NCBI GenBank assembly: GCA_034780895.1
Contig: JAUZTB010000107.1
Location: forward strand, 92,928,510 to 92,992,509
Origin: Rhynchobatus australiae
Lineage: Eukaryota
Direction of reading: 5' to 3'
DNA length: 64,000 nt
Made by a program: the position numbers and the translations under genes
Notes under the pieces: model-generated
Told to the model about the DNA's origin: nothing
Seen by the model: the letters and a program-made list of their open reading frames with translations, nothing else
Databases searched by the model: none
Part shown: piece after piece, positions 61,876-64,000 of the stretch
Numbering within the stretch: the first letter of the stretch is position 1
Layout of the letters: every line of letters starts with the position of its first letter

Positions 61876-61912
61876 TTGTGGCCAGTTTGCGAGCCCTCCC
61901 TTTGGATCTCAT
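61876..61912 (-). CDS. MECOM: First coding exon of MECOM (MDS1-EVI1/PRDM3 isoform): MRSKGRARKLAT plus 1 nt, phase-1 intron
   Basis: Minus strand reads acagccaccATG AGA TCC AAA GGG AGG GCT CGC AAA CTG GCC ACA A|gtaggt. The peptide matches the recalled MECOM/MDS1 N-terminus (MRSKGRARKLAT), whereas the paralogue PRDM16 starts MRSKARARKLAK. Strong Kozak, canonical donor, CpG-rich context. Confidence 0.93.
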
Positions 61913-62150
61913 GGTGGCTGTGTCCGATGCTGATGGGATTCTCAAGATTCTCGGATGTCTTTTTCTCTCTTTCACTCCCTCTCTCTCACACTCCCTCACT
62001 CTCTGTCTTTCACTCTCTCTCTCCCTTTCTCAATCCGGACTCGCTATCTCTCCCGCATTGTCAGTTTAGACACCTTCGCACATGCGCACTGCCTTGCTGC
62101 CGCGTTGCCAAAAAGTTTGGAGCGATTGATCACTTGAAGCGAGATTGTGT
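61913..62150 (-). promoter_or_regulatory. MECOM: MECOM exon-1 5' UTR / core promoter (GA-rich leader); TSS not determinable
   Basis: Purine-rich (GAGA) leader directly upstream of the ATG. NRF1-like TGCGCATGTGCG at 62077-62088 and TGACA at 62059-62063. Resembles the recalled mammalian MDS1 leader. Confidence 0.7.
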
Positions 62151-62714
62151 CAGAATGTGTCAAAAAAAAAGTGGATTGTAACCTCCGGCACCCGACACTT
62201 TTAGCGTCGCGGGGATTGTTCACAGACCGCGACCATGCTGCTGACAAACCTCAGCAATTATATTAATAATTATTCAATTATTAGACCGACCAGCACTGTC
62301 TATTGGCCGACTTAATAAAATACGATCCGGTAATAGGACTGTTCAGATTGAGCCGTGTTGCTGTTATGTAACTATTGTGTCTACTAATTTAGCAGCGTGG
62401 TTTCTGTGCACTGCCTGGCTTTGACTGTGCGCTGGATTCTGTATTTAATACTGACAAGTTGTATGCATCAGTGGAGTTTAACAATTCTTCTATGAATAAG
62501 TTAAATGGTGGAAAGAAACGTACTTTAAAAGAGGTATAATGATGTTTGTGAGGGTTTATGAAATTTCATTTTCTAACCGCTGGGTTATTTTGTCATTCCA
62601 ACCACATGTAACTGTGCGCACCACATCCGAGTGAGTTTCTCCTGCTCCGAGTGGACGCTAATGTATAAACATCGAACCACTGTACCGATATTTGGCCGTA
62701 ATATCCTCGCTTAC

Positions 62715-63601
62715 ATTTGATTCTAGGTCGAAGCTTCGTCCAGAATCATAGGATGTTGGATAGACTTCAAATAAATATGACCATTTCAGTCTCTGATATG
62801 GCCCTGGAACCAATTTCTATCCATCCCCTTGATTTATTAGGACTGTTATTAGTGGCAATAATGGACGGGGTCTTCGCCTTGCAGTCAGTGGCCAGTCTGA
62901 ACACACGGGCGACATTTCAACACTGCACACAACCCCTCGGTGAGGACGATCACACGTCCTTCACCTTCTGCAGTGAGAAGTTATTTTTAAATTCCTTTAC
63001 TCTGTTCTTCCGGTGAATTAGGTAATCCGATTTCGCTGGGATGTAACTGTCAGTGAGTTATACCCCCGACCACTGTTGATATTTATAATATTGATAATAT
63101 GATAAATATTTTGAAACAAAGAAATCGAAACTTTCAATTAGCTTGAAACCTTCATGTTCCCAGTACATTAATCTTTCCACTGTACCACGGCTCACTACGG
63201 AAATGTGGAATTTCTGCTATTTCGTTAGCAGAGGACTTCAATCAATCTTCGGTTTGTTTATTTTACACCAAGAACAAAGTTTGCTGTCAGCCTAATACAG
63301 TTTAATGTGATATTACCGTCTCTTTCAATGTCCCCTGTACACAAATACCCGAGGCGGATTGCGATCACAGAATATAAAAGGCCAATTGCTACCAGGTAGT
63401 GCCTGGTTTATAGAGGGGTCCCGTTGCAGTGTGTGACTTTCTCTTGATAATCCAGATGGCTCTGTATCAGGGAGACTGTTACACCGGGAGGAGATATCCC
63501 AAGGAAACACGAAAAATGCCTCTGAATATCACCATATCAATATATTAAGCCAGTCTTTGGAATAGAGGTTGCAAGAAATCCCTCGTCACAGCGTCTCCAT
63601 C
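62715..63601 (-). pseudogene. Two exon-like segments (63601-63317, 62967-62715), possibly a decayed Ig-domain gene or non-coding upstream exons
   Basis: AG/GT boundaries (gaag|…GACG|gtaata; cttctcactgcag|…AAAT|gtaagc), compatible phase-1 junction, in-frame stops. Confidence 0.3.
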
Positions 63602-63646
63602 CTTCGAATCACACGGAAAGATAGGGGCATGCACACAAATGCCTAC

Positions 63647-63651
<5 letters not shown>

Positions 63652-63689
<38 letters not shown>
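63652..63689. repeat. (CA)n microsatellite
   Basis: Direct reading. Confidence 0.95.
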
Positions 63690-63690
<1 letters not shown>

Positions 63691-64000
63691 CGAGAGAGAG
63701 ACAATTCAACGCGCAATTAATAACACTGTCGAAGAAAGATAACTCAATTATCTTTTTTTAAAAAAATTGTTACAAATTTACAGATATCGTCCCAGCTTTC
63801 CACTAGTTTCTATCCGAAATGACCGCGTCAGTTCCATGAACTTGGAGCAGTCTCTTGCTGTACTTGCGGTTAGGCTGAGAAATACAATCACATTTTATTC
63901 GCAACAGTTAAAAATGACAAAGAAAGAGACATGAAACCAAGCCTGTTTAATTTAAATCCCAGCATCACTGCTGCGAATCACAGACCATATTTCGTTTATT

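Larger units (their letters stand above)
54900..64000. promoter_or_regulatory. Broad CpG-retaining domain around the MECOM promoter, densest at ~60880-62250
   Basis: CpG is rare over 1-54.8 kb and frequent from ~54.9 kb onward (visual estimate), with few interspersed repeats. Confidence 0.7.

Noticed and set aside
62150-64000. Telomerase RNA (TERC), a syntenic neighbour upstream of MECOM in mammals
   Set aside because: No CTAACCCTAA template or CR4/5-like sequence seen on either strand here.
1-64000. CRISPR arrays, operons, rRNA or true tRNA genes
   Set aside because: Vertebrate intronic DNA; no regularly spaced repeats, and tRNA-like sequences are SINE heads only.

Overview
Vertebrate genomic DNA, AT-rich and with many N gaps. 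The repeat content (HE1/V-SINE-like, DeuSINE-like, CR1/HER1-like, Penelope-type ends) points to a cartilaginous fish (shark or ray). The only coding sequence I can support is the 37-nt first coding exon of MECOM (MDS1-EVI1/PRDM3), MRSKGRARKLAT, on the minus strand at 61876-61912. It has a GCCACC-ATG Kozak context and a GT donor. Everything to its left (over 61 kb) is intron 1, and exon 2 is not visible. The intron holds decayed LINEs and SINEs, two solo LTRs, and about a dozen Penelope-derived insertions, mostly fold-back, carrying minimal hammerhead-ribozyme motifs. It also has repeat-free blocks that look like conserved enhancers, one with a perfect DR5 retinoic-acid response element. The last ~9 kb retain CpG. 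Upstream of the promoter are exon-like segments that may be a decayed Ig-domain gene. Nearly all ORFs in the supplied track are spurious or transposon debris. Family assignments come from recognising motifs by eye, not from database searches, and repeat boundaries are approximate.
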